Positions 1 through 10,212 of a DNA stretch of 64,000 nt are shown here, piece by piece. Below the pieces are notes generated by a model that saw only the letters and a list, made by a program, of their open reading frames with translations, did not search any database and had not been told where the DNA came from. The translations under genes were made by a program, and so were the position numbers. Every line of letters starts with the position of its first letter. The first letter of the stretch is position 1. The DNA is from an uncultured delta proteobacterium. GTDB taxonomy: Bacteria > Myxococcota_A > Polyangia > Fen-1088. The stretch is from contig CAWCMR010000025.1 of assembly GCA_963796685.1 (NCBI GenBank), forward strand, positions 960,001 through 1,024,000, written 5' to 3'.

Positions 1-1
1 C

Positions 2-1528
2 GCAGCCAAGGGCGGCGCCGGTGGCATGGGTGGCACGGGTGACGCAGCCAAGGGCGGCGCCGGTGGCGCGGATGCCTCGGTCCGCGACTCCTTCGGCGAT
101 GTGGCGGATGTAGCGATCATGGGCACGCGCGACGGCGCCGACCTCGGCGGCGGTGCTGGCGACACGACCTGGGACGGTCCCCCGCCGGGCGGCCCCTTGT
201 GCGGCGTCGAAACCGACAACGGCGTGCTCACGTCATCAACACTCTGCAAGGTCGCGCCACTCGATGCGATCCCGGTGTGCCAGGGCGCCGGTCCGTGTCC
301 ATTCGGCACCACCGCCTACAAGCTCACCTGCGGCGGGTACGGGCCTTGGCTCGTTCCGGCCGGCACCGACGGCGCCTCGATCATGTTCTCCGACGCTAAC
401 GGCCCCACCCACCTGTTCAGCCTCGCGCCGGGCGGGGCGAAGGTTGAAGACGTGCCGGCGTTGACCTCTGCCGCGAACGCGCTCGCGGTCGATCCCACGA
501 CCGGCAACCGCACCATCTTCGCAGGGGAGATGCCAGGGATCTGGCGCGTACGCGAGACCGCCGCTGGCTGGCGGCGCGAGTCCGTCGTCGAGGGTAACGG
601 GCCCGACCTCACTCTCGTCTCCGCCAAAGTCCTCGCCTCCGCCGCGCGGGTGCTAGACGCGGACCGGGCCATCGTCGCGTACTTCGCTCTCTCCGACTAC
701 CAGCCGCGCCTCGCGGTCCGCGAGGCTGGTTGCTGGCGGACAACGCCGCTCTCGGAGGGACAGACCCCGACCGACATCAGCCTCGATCTCGATGCGACGA
801 ATCGGCCGTGGACCACCTGGTACGAACGCGATACGAGCGGGATGATGGTCCGCATGGCCGGTCCTGACGGCACGACCTACCTGGCGTGGAAGTCGGCTTT
901 GTACTCCCCGCTCGGGTGGTCGGATCCGCCGATCTTGCTGGCGGGCGGCTTGGCGGGGACGGCAGCGTACCCCGCGATCGTGATCCAGCGCGACGACGGT
1001 GTCCACGTGCTGGTCCCCGATGCGACCGCCGTGAGCTGGACGGACCGCATCCTCGACGGGACCGCCATCGCCCAGACGCCCGGTTGCCTGGCGCCGATCA
1101 GCATTGCCCCGGCCACGGGCTGCGACACGACGGTCCACTGCACGACGCAGACCGCGGGCTCCATCAGGGGCTTCGCGGCAGCGCGCGTCGCCTCGGGGCG
1201 CACGTACGTCGCCTGGGTCGCGATCGCAGGGCAGACGACCTTCGGCTACATGCCGCAGGACCCGCTTTTCTGCGAGACCCCGACCCACCCGGCCAAGTGC
1301 GGCTGCGACGTCACCAGCACGACCAGCAATACCATGTCGCTCGTGCTCACCCGCGCCGATACCGGCGCGGAGGCGATGCGCTTCGCGCTCGACAGTGGTC
1401 GCGCGGGTATCTATACGCCGCTCGGGCTCGCGGCGCGCAGCGACACCCTGCTGCTCGCCGTGTCCCCGCCCAACGCCACCACCGCCGAGTACCGCTACCT
1501 GGAGATCGACACGACCCGCCTGCCGTAA
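2..1528 (+). CDS. Hypothetical exported protein (5' partial): Gly-rich linker, then Cys-containing beta-rich domain
   Basis: Frame is open from the window edge; GGAGG/DA linker typical of myxobacterial lipoproteins; 25-nt direct repeat at 1-25 and 43-67; ends in TAA. Confidence 0.7.
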   Translation, partial: AAKGGAGGMGGTGDAAKGGAGGADASVRDSFGDVADVAIMGTRDGADLGGGAGDTTWDGPPPGGPLCGVETDNGVLTSSTLCKVAPLDAIPVCQGAGPCPFGTTAYKLTCGGYGPWLVPAGTDGASIMFSDANGPTHLFSLAPGGAKVEDVPALTSAANALAVDPTTGNRTIFAGEMPGIWRVRETAAGWRRESVVEGNGPDLTLVSAKVLASAARVLDADRAIVAYFALSDYQPRLAVREAGCWRTTPLSEGQTPTDISLDLDATNRPWTTWYERDTSGMMVRMAGPDGTTYLAWKSALYSPLGWSDPPILLAGGLAGTAAYPAIVIQRDDGVHVLVPDATAVSWTDRILDGTAIAQTPGCLAPISIAPATGCDTTVHCTTQTAGSIRGFAAARVASGRTYVAWVAIAGQTTFGYMPQDPLFCETPTHPAKCGCDVTSTTSNTMSLVLTRADTGAEAMRFALDSGRAGIYTPLGLAARSDTLLLAVSPPNATTAEYRYLEIDTTRLP

Positions 1529-1602
1529 TGAGCCGCGCGCACAACCGGTCTCGTAAGGCCCCACCGAGGTTGAGTCCGTAGCAAGTGCCAAGCAATCGAC
1601 AG

Positions 1603-2064
1603 CTATCGGAGAAACACTGCGCCGGAGGACGCCGGGAGCGAGAGCGACGTGACGGTTGCCGTGCCGAGGCTGCCGGTCGTCGTGCCGTCGCTCCCGACCG
1701 CGCCGCCGTTCCTCGGCGTCACCTGCTGCATGGCCGCTTCCAGCGTCACCGAGACCGCACTCGCGCAGGGATTGAGCAGGACCATGCCGCGGACGAAGTC
1801 GCGTCGGTAGATCCCCTGCCAGGCGAGTGCATCGACGGTCGTGGGCGGTGCTACCGGCGGGCCGAGGTCGAGAGTCCACTCGGGGTACCACTCGAGGGTG
1901 CTGGCGGCGAAGTAGAAGAGATAGCTGCGGCTGCCCTTGGTGAGGAGGTAGTTGGCGCGATAGTAGAGGCGCCGCTGCACGTCGCCCGGGCTACCGAGGT
2001 AGTTCTGCAGGATCACGATCTTCCCAGCGCCCGCGATGGCGCTGATCTGGTTGGTCGAGGTGCC
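1603..2064 (-). pseudogene. 3' fragment of a putative glycoside hydrolase (GHL15-like)
   Basis: WYPEWTLDLGPP...GIYRRDFVRGMVLLNP resembles the GHL15 C-terminus; frame is closed upstream by TAG at 2065-2067 and has no signal peptide. Confidence 0.5.
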
Positions 2065-2134
2065 CTAGGATAGTCGAGGAGAGCGGGGAATGCTCTGACG
2101 ACTGCTGGTCCCGGGAAACTGTTCCCGTCACCAT

Positions 2135-3421
2135 GTGTACAGCAGGCGGGCGACGGCCGCGCCGCAGAACCATGCCTGTCGAGAGCCTCCGTGTCCGAAG
2201 TGGCGTCCACAGCGTGGCACGGGCCTGCGCACGTGTCGCATGTCTCCGCAGTCGCCGCTACCTCGCCAAAGGGACGCTGATTGGCCGGGTAGGCCGACAG
2301 GTGAATTGGCATCTTCGAGGGCGCCTGTGGAACCTCGGACCCGCAAAGCCTGGACGCTCGCGACACAGATGTCGCGAGCCCGTCGGGGATCGATGCATCG
2401 ATGGGGGGGGGCCGGGGATGGCGGACTGGGCAGCGAGCGTCCACGTGTGGGCACAATCCCCTGCGACCAGCAGCCGACGGAGGGCGAGGCCTGCGAGCCA
2501 CTGCCGGTGGGCTTCCACTGCCGACAAGGGTCTTGTTCCGGTGGCTGTTCTTCCGACTGCCGTTGTACCGAGGGGGCGTGGCATTGCGCTGTCCGGTGTG
2601 TTGACAACTCCTCACCTGTCCCCTTGGAGTGCGGCACGCCCCCGCTCTGTCGCGACCAGTGCCTCGAGGTAGCGATTCTCCCGGATGGAGGCATCGGCTC
2701 GGCGGATGGACCGATCACGATCGGCTATCGCTATTCGCTGCGCTTCACACCCCCGGACTCGACGACGCTTTGGGGAGACCAACCTCTTGCGGTGGTGATC
2801 GACAGCGGCCCCCAGCTCGACGAAACCTGGCTGTCCGACCTTGCCGCGCGGACGACGCTGCGCACGTGGCCCGAGTTGGACCTGGTAGCGGCCGACATCG
2901 TGCCACAAATGGTGCAGGATGCGTCTTACGCAAACGGAGCCAGGATCTCCGTCACGCCCCGTGCCCGGTTGGAGGATCGCTGGTATGCCATGCACATCAC
3001 CGCGCTTCCATTCTGGGTCACGGCCACGACATCCATTGCACCCGACGGGCCCGTCGTCTCCAGGTTCCGAACCGGGTCGGCACCGCAGGTGGCCTCGGTG
3101 ATCTTCGCAGGAGGCGCCACCAAGCACCGGCTCTATATCACGCCATCGGAATCGGTTGCGGCCAATGCCAGCCCGGCGCAGCTCATCCAGGTTCGGCAGG
3201 GTGGAGAGCTCGTCACCTGCTCGGATGTCGAGTTCACCTCTGGCCGGGCGTTGACCATCATCTCCCTCGACTGCCCCGGTCTGTCCGAGTTTCCCGACGA
3301 GATCTCGATCGCTGCGGGTTTCGCTTCCAGCACCGGGGCCGAGCTTCTGCCGATCGTGGTGGAGAAGGCCGGGCTGACCCTGACGTCGTGTGGACCATCG
3401 TGCGAGCAGGCGAACCTCTAA
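2135..3421 (+). CDS. Hypothetical Cys-rich / Ig-like exported protein; 5' end uncertain, probable frameshift at G-run 2403-2411
   Basis: The 3' part reads as real protein (CRQGSCSGGCSSDCRC; VSRFRTGSAP); an alternate frame upstream of the G-run gives ACGTSDPQSLDA...DASMGG. Confidence 0.5.
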   Translation: MYSRRATAAPQNHACREPPCPKWRPQRGTGLRTCRMSPQSPLPRQRDADWPGRPTGELASSRAPVEPRTRKAWTLATQMSRARRGSMHRWGGAGDGGLGSERPRVGTIPCDQQPTEGEACEPLPVGFHCRQGSCSGGCSSDCRCTEGAWHCAVRCVDNSSPVPLECGTPPLCRDQCLEVAILPDGGIGSADGPITIGYRYSLRFTPPDSTTLWGDQPLAVVIDSGPQLDETWLSDLAARTTLRTWPELDLVAADIVPQMVQDASYANGARISVTPRARLEDRWYAMHITALPFWVTATTSIAPDGPVVSRFRTGSAPQVASVIFAGGATKHRLYITPSESVAANASPAQLIQVRQGGELVTCSDVEFTSGRALTIISLDCPGLSEFPDEISIAAGFASSTGAELLPIVVEKAGLTLTSCGPSCEQANL

Positions 3422-3787
3422 AGCCCATTCGCGCGTAGCAGTTGCCAGGGCCCAGCCCGGCTCCGCCCCCCGAGACACCCCAAGGTCTAGCGGTCTACAC
3501 TATGATGGCCGAGCATCCCTCGTGACCTTCCCCTTCGTCGAGCTCGCGCTCGTCCGACTCGCGTGAGATTGTAGCTCCCGGCGTCCACCAAGTGGTGGAG
3601 CATGGAGAAAAGTGGGCTTGTTCTTCCTTCGCTCCCGTCTACCGTGAACCCTTTGGGCACGAATGGCATCCCAACAACAACCCGTGGTCGGGGCGCTCCC
3701 CGACCAGGAGCGCCTGTCTCTGACAAATCCTCGATTCAGAATTTGCATTCGGGATGACTTAACTTGCTCTTCTCCAGAAGGAAACTG

Positions 3788-4930
3788 ATGATTTCAGCAT
3801 GCAAGGTTGCGTCGGGCTTCATTGGTTTCGTTGTGTTGGTGACGGTCGGATGCGGTAACGGCTCCTCGGGCGGTGGGACAGGCGGTGGCCCCGGCAGCGG
3901 TGGCGTGGGTGGGAGCGGAACATCGATGGATGCTGCTGTCGCGAGCACTGGCGGGTTGGGAGCCGGTGGGGGCGGTACCGCTGGAACGACGGGTGGACCA
4001 GACGGCGGCGAAAGCGTCGACTCCGGGTGCCCCGTGAGCCCAACGGTCCTTGCGTCCGGCCAATCTTCTCCCACGTCGATCGTGTCCGACGGCGCCAACG
4101 TGTACTGGACCAACACCGGCACGGTGCGCGGCGTGATGAAAGTCCCCGTGACCGGCGGCACACCCGTGGCGGTTGCGACCGGTCTCCGCCAACCCGGCTA
4201 TCTGGCGATCGACGCCACCAACGCGTACTGGACCGACGCCGCCAGCACTTTCCCGAACGGTACGATCCTCATGTCGTCCCCACTTGACGGGAGCGCTGCC
4301 GTCGACGGCGGAGCGCCGGCCGTCCTCGTGTCGAGCAATATCGCGCTCCAGCAGTTCGTCGTCGCCGGCGGAAACATTTATTACTTCAATGGTTCGACGC
4401 TGACCGTCATTACGACGGCCGGCGCCGCTGTAAAAACGCTGACCCCCTCCTCCACGAACGCGGTCAACGCCACCGCCGATGCGGCGAACCTCTACTGGAC
4501 CAACAACATGCAACAGGTCCTCATGATGCCCTTTTCGGGGACGACGGCGACCGTACTGACGACGCTCGTCGCTCCGGGGGATTTTCTCGGTGGCTCGCAA
4601 CCAATCTCCGTCGACGCGACCGGCGTCTACGTGCCCGCCAACCCAGGCGCGGGCGTCGACGCCGTGTTGAGCGTCCCCCTGGCGGGCGGAGCACCCACCA
4701 CCGTGGCAACCTTCGCCTCGGCGTACAACGGAGTTCCAGGCATCGTATCCGACGGGAAGAACGTCTACTGGGCGAACAACTTCGGGTTCGCGGTGATGCG
4801 CGCTCCCGTCACGGGCGGAAAGGCCGTCACCATTTCGTGTGACGTCGAGAAGCCAGAGGGCATCGCGCAGGACGCTACCCACGTCTATTGGACCACCGAG
4901 GGCGGGTCGGTGAAGGCGCTGTCAAAATGA
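3788..4930 (+). CDS. Lipoprotein with Gly-rich linker and beta-propeller (DUF5050-like, D-x-x-x-V-Y-W blades)
   Basis: Lipobox VTVGC; repeated DGANVYWT / DATNAYWT / DGKNVYWA / DATHVYWT. Confidence 0.8.
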   Translation: MISACKVASGFIGFVVLVTVGCGNGSSGGGTGGGPGSGGVGGSGTSMDAAVASTGGLGAGGGGTAGTTGGPDGGESVDSGCPVSPTVLASGQSSPTSIVSDGANVYWTNTGTVRGVMKVPVTGGTPVAVATGLRQPGYLAIDATNAYWTDAASTFPNGTILMSSPLDGSAAVDGGAPAVLVSSNIALQQFVVAGGNIYYFNGSTLTVITTAGAAVKTLTPSSTNAVNATADAANLYWTNNMQQVLMMPFSGTTATVLTTLVAPGDFLGGSQPISVDATGVYVPANPGAGVDAVLSVPLAGGAPTTVATFASAYNGVPGIVSDGKNVYWANNFGFAVMRAPVTGGKAVTISCDVEKPEGIAQDATHVYWTTEGGSVKALSK

Positions 4931-5067
4931 CTGTTGCTATTCTGCCGCCGGGGATGCGGTCGCCGAGCTTGACCATCTGGCTGCGCTCTCTCTTGAGGGC
5001 GAGCCGAGCCAGTACTGCGAGTGCCTGACATGGACGCCGTCGCTGAGAATTGTCGGCAGCGCACGGC

Positions 5068-5226
5068 GTGAGCGAGATCCCAATCAGTGTCTCCTTTCCG
5101 CAGCTCGAGCGCGAAGTGATCGAGCGCTGGACCCGCGAGCACACCTTCGAGCGCTCAATCGAAAAGCGTGCCAGCGGTCCCACCTACCGTGTTCTACAAC
5201 GGCCCGCCGTTCGCCATCGCTCTCCG
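5068..5226 (+). pseudogene. ileS: 5' remnant of isoleucine--tRNA ligase
   Basis: SFPQLEREVIERW...TFERSIEKR..GPTY, then (+1) VFYNGPPFA, matching the IleRS N-terminus (FYDGPPFA); homology stops before the HIGH motif. Confidence 0.7.
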
Positions 5227-5255
5227 CCGAGCGACGTAGCAAGGTACCCTCGTAG

Positions 5256-5894
5256 GCCGACGCGGCCATCGACAAGCCGAATGGCAGCGGGGGCGCTGGT
5301 GGCAACGCGGACGGCGGTCGCAGCGGCACCGGCGGGAGCAGCAATCCCTCGACCTGCGGACACCCGGGCTCATCTTGTTGTCCCGGCAACAAGTGCTCCG
5401 GCAACGGCTGTTGCTACGACACCAAGTGCGTTGCCGAGAGCAGTGCCTGCACCAGCGCCACGGGCGGTAGTACGGGCAGCCCGGCCGGGATGTGCACGGC
5501 CGGGACGTGCTCGGGGTGCGGAGCCATGGGGCAGCCGTGCTGCGGGTCCTCGCAGACCTGCAACAACGGAATGCTCTGCTCGTCGGGCACCTGCACCACC
5601 TGCGGCGGGCTGGCCCAGCCGTGCTGTCCGTCGGCTACCGGCAGCAACGACGATCGGTGCGCGGCCGGGGCCAAGTGCAACGCGAGCACGGCCACCTCGA
5701 GCGGCTACTGCCAGGCTTGCGGCGGACCGAGCGAACCGTGTTGTCCGGGCAGCACGTGCAGCAACGGCGGCTGCTGCTTCGGCGGCACCTGCGTCGCCGA
5801 CGGCGCGGGTTGCCTGGCGGGCACCAGCTCCTCGCTCAACTACGGAATCTGCACGGACGGGCAGTGCGCGTGCGGCCAGACCTCGCCAGGTTGA
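5256..5894 (+). pseudogene. 5'-truncated Cys-rich repeat exported protein
   Basis: ADAAIDKPNGSGGAGG linker, then CGxxGQPCC repeats; TAG at 5253-5255 directly upstream, no signal peptide. Confidence 0.6.
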
Positions 5895-5949
5895 GCCCCA
5901 CCATGCCATTCCCTGCCATACCGGCGGCACCACGAGTTAGTCCGCGGCC

Positions 5950-6024
5950 TTCATCGGTCGACTTGAAGTCGACGATGGCGACCTCACCGGTGTCGACGCG
6001 GCGAATGAGGTCGATCCGACCGCG
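5950..6024 (-). pseudogene. Short fragment of a PD-(D/E)XK nuclease domain (helicase/nuclease C-terminus type)
   Basis: RGRIDLIRRVDTGEVAIVDFKST matches G-R-I-D...I-x-D-F-K. Confidence 0.55.
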
Positions 6025-7093
6025 GTGCTGGCCTGGTCCGGGCTGGCTTCTCGACCACGGGAGGCTTTGACGGGGCCTTGAGCCCGTACGCCAGGCGAGC
6101 GGCATTCCCGGTGACCAAAGCCTTGAACGCCTGCGACTGAGCGCGCGCCACCCACGGGCTGGGTAGCGCCTCGATGGCCAGCCTCAGGCGTGAGGGCAGG
6201 TGGTCGAGCGTGCGACGGATGACGACGTCGGGGATGTTGAGGTACTTGCCGAGAGCTTCGAAGTCGCGCCGTTCGAGGCGGTTTTTCCTGCCATTGATGG
6301 GCAATGCGAGCTCTTCCGAGTCATCCACGAGCAAGCGGACAGGCAAAAGGTCGTAGGCGGGCGAGAGGACGACGCGCCCGGCATCTCGCACCAGCGTCCA
6401 GTTCTTGAGGTGCATGTCGGAGTTGCCGACCAGGAAGGCGAAGACGGTCACCTCCAGCAGGCGCAAAGCATCGTCTCCCGGGGCCGTCGCGAGATCGCGT
6501 ACGAGCTTTCCGGCCTTCTCCATGCTCGAGCGATACTTGTGCAAGGTGGGGAGGCCGGAGAGCTGGCACAGATCTTCGACGTGAATGCGACGAGCGCCAT
6601 CACGATCAAAGCGCCGCGTGATAAACGCCGGCTGCCCGGAGGACAGCGGGATCAAGCCGGCCTCCGCCGTGCGTAGGCCCGAAGCTCGAGCGAGCACCAT
6701 GGTCCAGTGTTCGAGCTCTGGCATGCCTGGATACTCGGGTGCGGGTGGCTTGAGGATGTGCGAGCCGCCCAAGGCTCCGACGATGGTCAATCGTCGATCA
6801 GAGTCGTTTCCCATGAAGGACAGCGACAGCTTGCGCTGGACACCGGTCAGCGCCCATCGCCGGTTCACCGTCTCGATGGCCAGTCTCTCGACGTCAGCCA
6901 AGCCCACGTCCAGCCTGGGGGGAGAGGCCGAGCCGTACAGCGCCTGCGAACAGGCTGCGTGCACGTTTCCACCCTTGCCATGGGGATCGTGGGAGGGCTT
7001 CGAGGACTTGCTGCGTGCGGGCTGAGCCGGACTGAGACCAGCTTCGCCATCGGTCGGCGGACGCAGGCAGATGGGGCAGGCGGGCTTCACCAT
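5984..7093 (-). CDS. hipT: HipA-family Ser/Thr kinase toxin (HipT-like, lacking the N-subdomain)
   Basis: LTGVQRKLSL, HILKP, TRRFDR, EDLCQL, GNSDMHLKNW, LSPAYDL; N-terminal CxxC..HxxC; the C-terminal tail runs into the nuclease fragment. Confidence 0.85.
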   Translation of the reverse strand: MVKPACPICLRPPTDGEAGLSPAQPARSKSSKPSHDPHGKGGNVHAACSQALYGSASPPRLDVGLADVERLAIETVNRRWALTGVQRKLSLSFMGNDSDRRLTIVGALGGSHILKPPAPEYPGMPELEHWTMVLARASGLRTAEAGLIPLSSGQPAFITRRFDRDGARRIHVEDLCQLSGLPTLHKYRSSMEKAGKLVRDLATAPGDDALRLLEVTVFAFLVGNSDMHLKNWTLVRDAGRVVLSPAYDLLPVRLLVDDSEELALPINGRKNRLERRDFEALGKYLNIPDVVIRRTLDHLPSRLRLAIEALPSPWVARAQSQAFKALVTGNAARLAYGLKAPSKPPVVEKPARTRPAPRSDRPHSPRRHR

Positions 7094-7470
7094 GGCAGCA
7101 CGCGCACGGCTCCAATGCACTCAGAGCAGAGGTTGAGGAGCAACCCCACACGGTCGCGCGGGTCGAGCTTCCAGTTGCGTGTGGCGATGTCGAGTAGCCA
7201 GCCTTCAGGCACAAGCCCGTCGAAAAACGGGTGAAGCCCGATTGTCTCCACGGGCTCGACAGACAGGGGCAAGGTCAGCGAAACCGGCTCGGCACCCGGG
7301 CGTGCCAGGTACTCCGGCAGGTAGCGGAACACCACCGTGCCGTCAGGCTGCTCTTCGATCTCGCCGGCCGGGATGTCGCCGAACATCACCCGGCCGCGCC
7401 GCTCGACGACTGCCGGGGCGTGGTCCCCGCTTCGTCTTTTGTCAGTCCTCTTGCGGGTCGTGCGGGCCAT
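7087..7470 (-). CDS. hipS: HipA N-terminal domain protein (HipS-like antitoxin)
   Basis: AGEI...FRY...PVSLTLPL...LHPFFDGLVPEGWLL; overlaps both neighbours. Confidence 0.85.
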   Translation of the reverse strand: MARTTRKRTDKRRSGDHAPAVVERRGRVMFGDIPAGEIEEQPDGTVVFRYLPEYLARPGAEPVSLTLPLSVEPVETIGLHPFFDGLVPEGWLLDIATRNWKLDPRDRVGLLLNLCSECIGAVRVLPW

Positions 7471-7712
7471 CACCGTTCCCCCTTGGGACGCGCCACAACG
7501 CCTAGCCTGAGCCCGAAGTACGCCAGTACTTGTTCGACCCGATCCACCCGCAGGGTAGGCTTACCTCGCTCGAGCTCGCGCAGAAACCGAAGCCCCACAC
7601 CCACGCGCGCCGCGAGCTCGGCCTGTGTGTACCCGAGCTGACGCCGGTGCTCCCGCACCGTCCAGGCGATTTCGCCCACCTCAGATTTCAGCTGTTTCAG
7701 GCTGCGCCGCAT
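7470..7712 (-). CDS. hipB: XRE-family HTH regulator (HipB/y4mF-like)
   Basis: RRQLGYTQAELAARVGVGLRFLRELERGKPTLR; first gene of the three-gene operon. Confidence 0.85.
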   Translation of the reverse strand: MRRSLKQLKSEVGEIAWTVREHRRQLGYTQAELAARVGVGLRFLRELERGKPTLRVDRVEQVLAYFGLRLGVVARPKGER

Positions 7713-7717
7713 TGAAG

Positions 7718-7811
7718 TACCCGTACGGGTATTATGCCAGGCATATGAAGGTAAGTCACCCCGATAGGGTATCAAAAGTGACACGCATGCTATTAGCTAA
7801 CCGATCGGGTA
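7718..7811 (-). promoter_or_regulatory. hipBST promoter with three palindromic operators
   Basis: TACCCGTACGGGTA (7718-7731), ACCCCGATAGGGTA (7758-7771), TAACCGATCGGGTA (7798-7811), 40-bp period; minus-strand GTGACT-N17-CATAAT at 7759-7731. Confidence 0.7.
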
Positions 7812-7945
7812 GCAAAGACTGTGGCTCGCGCCGCGACCCGGGTGCCCCGCGCGGTCGGCATCCTGCTCGAGATGCTGACCCTCGTGCACAAGCTCCAACG
7901 ACCGTCCACCCGACACCGGCAGGGCAAGTCACATGGCAAGCAGAT

Positions 7946-8203
7946 TCACCGCCGGAACAAATCCGTGCGCGCCGTCTCCGTAATGGCGACAATCGCCGGG
8001 TGCTTCAGACGCCGTTCCACGGAGATAGCGTAGTAGCGCTCCCGAACGCCTTCGGCCAGTCCCAATGACACCACTCCGTACTGCCGGCTGACTTCCTTCT
8101 CGATGACCGAGGGAGCGGGGAAAAGTCCGACTCCGTCGTGCCCAAAGACGTTTAGCAGCGCGCCGTCCTCGAATTCGGCCACCACACGAGGTTTGATACC
8201 CAT
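7946..8203 (-). pseudogene. nhaR: 3' fragment of LysR-type activator NhaR
   Basis: GIKPRVVAEFEDGALLNVFG..GVGLFPAPSVI...ERYYAISVERRLKHPAIVAI; HTH domain absent. Confidence 0.75.
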
Positions 8204-8615
8204 CCTGGAACGCCTCGTCCACCTCAACGTCCGCCCGGAAACCTTGGCCGCGCTGGCCTTGGTTCCGCTCATCGAGGTCGTGTGGGCGGATGGCGAAGTG
8301 GACGACAAGGAGCGCGCCACAGTGCTTGAGCATGCCGGGAGCCAGGGCATCGCTCGTGACAGTGTTGAATACGAACTTCTAGTGCGGTGGCTCGCCCACC
8401 GGCCGGAGGACTCATTGCTGGCTGCCTGGCAGCACTACGTGCGGGGACTATGCTAACGCATCTCGGCGGAGGAGCGAGAGGCGCTCAAGCAGGAGCTGTT
8501 GCGGGATGTGCGCGAGGCCGCGAGAGCTTCCGGTGGATTCCTCGGCATGGGGAAGATCTCCAGCCAGGAGAAACAAGTTCTCGCCAAACTCGAATCCAGC
8601 TTCGGTATGGAGTAG
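8202..8615 (+). pseudogene. 5'-truncated TerB-like protein with an internal stop
   Basis: LVPLIEVVWADGEVDDKER...; TAA at 8454-8456; the same frame continues AARASGGFLGMGKISSQEK. Confidence 0.7.
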
Positions 8616-8646
8616 ACTGGCGCTGAGAGCTCAAGCGGACAGCACC

Positions 8647-9024
8647 ATGGCAAAATCAATGCGCAGCTTCCCTGCCGTCTTCGTGTTTGCCGTGCTCGTG
8701 TCCGTGATCGCATCCGCCGCAACGCCAACACCGGATCGTTTCTGTCATCATGAGGCCACGGAGCTTGCTGGCATCAACCAGGAAGACGCGGCCTTGAGCA
8801 ACGATGTGCCCGCTGGAACCCTGCAATTGCGGCCGCGCCTTCAAGGCGTCGCAGGAAGAATTCACCGGGCAACGGGCATGCACCCCGCGGTGATGGGCGA
8901 TCCCGCACCGACGATACAGGTTCCTCCGCCCCGACCAATCTCCGTATGCGCCAGCGGTCGGTTTTGGATTGATGATCCGAAAGCCCTGACCCAGGCATCG
9001 CCACGCGGACCTCCATCCGTCTAG
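8647..9024 (+). CDS. Small secreted protein ending in RGPP (DUF2946-like / candidate arrest leader peptide)
   Basis: Signal peptide AVFVFAVLVSVIASA; CHH; C-terminus SPRGPPSV*. Confidence 0.55.
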   Translation: MAKSMRSFPAVFVFAVLVSVIASAATPTPDRFCHHEATELAGINQEDAALSNDVPAGTLQLRPRLQGVAGRIHRATGMHPAVMGDPAPTIQVPPPRPISVCASGRFWIDDPKALTQASPRGPPSV

Positions 9025-9240
9025 TCGGCGCGCCACCGCCAGACAAAGCGCCGGGCCACACTGTGGCACCGGCACGGCGGGGGCGTGTGGCCTGGACGGT
9101 TCGTACACCGCTGGAAGCGGGAGCACCCGGGGATGATGCGAAGGCGGGACCCGGCTGGTGGTGGAATGCCGCAGCCCGTGCACGCCTCAAGCCGGGATTT
9201 TAGTGCATTCAGTTACGACACAGACACGGAGGTATTCATC

Positions 9241-10072
9241 ATGGAACGAATCAACCCCAAGCAAATGGGGACAGCTCGAGAAGCGGGTTGGTTGCTCGGG
9301 CCTGTAGTGGTTTCGTACTGTCCTGAGGAGAGCATCGACGAAATGCTCGCCCAGGCTCGCGATGTGGCTACGGCAGCCATGGTCGAAGTGAGATCCTGCA
9401 ATGGTGCCGACAGCCCTTCGGGCGACATTTCAGCCCTTGCCGCGGCAACCGGGGCGGGTCTCGTGGTCTTGCCTGGCTCACTGATGAACACTGTAGAAGG
9501 ACCACGCCATCTGCGCGCAGCCATGGCAACCGCACGCCCGGTGCTCCTGGCGCGAGCCAGCCCGGGTGGCCCGGTGATAACAGTAGCGGGCGCGCCGCGG
9601 GCAGGCCTGGGGGTTATGGCCGTGGCTGCCGATGAAGCGCGCCGGCTCGACCGCCCGTTTCTCGTGGTCCACGCAGCCGAGGGAACAGTCGGAGGCCACG
9701 AACGACGACTTGGGGCCGGTGAGTGCCATGAGCCTGAGGGCTTGCCTTGGAACAATCCGGCTGCGTTGGGGTGTGACGGCCGAGGCTCGGCCAATCCAAG
9801 GTCCGTGGGTCCCGTCGCTGTCGTCCTTGGCCAGGGCATGCAAGGCCCGCCTGATAGTCCTGGGGGCCTACGAAGGTGCCCGCACCGACGCTGCCAGCAG
9901 AACGCAAAGGATGCTGGAAATAGCCGGCGTGGCGCCATGCTCGGTCCTGCTGCTGCCCCACCTGCCGGAACAGGGGCAGTGGTTCGCGGAACCCACCAAG
10001 CCACCTGAGGCGTGGCCTCGCCCACGAATTGCTAACAACCCACTCACTCTAGCCCCCGGAGAAATCCAATGA
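9241..10072 (+). pseudogene. Universal stress protein-like, +1 frameshift near 9690
   Basis: GAGLVVL...RPVLLAR...FLVVHA, then in the next frame ARLIVLGA...APCSVLLL; SD GGAGG upstream. Confidence 0.55.
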
Positions 10073-10212
10073 CACCTGAGACACACGATGCAGACGAGAC
10101 GGAAGCGCCGGCGACCCAACATCAACCGACCCTGCCAAACCACAAGTTGACCATCGCTCTGATCGGGCTGGCCGTCGGATTCATCGTCCTCGTTGCCCTC
10201 AACATGAAGTAG
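10069..10212 (+). CDS. 47-aa single-pass membrane protein
   Basis: ATGA overlap with the preceding ORF; MTPETHDADE...KLTIALIGLAVGFIVLVALNMK. Confidence 0.55.
   Translation: MTPETHDADETEAPATQHQPTLPNHKLTIALIGLAVGFIVLVALNMK

Noticed and set aside
9025-9240. Named riboswitch or ncRNA
   Set aside because: GC-rich with possible stems, but no family consensus recognised
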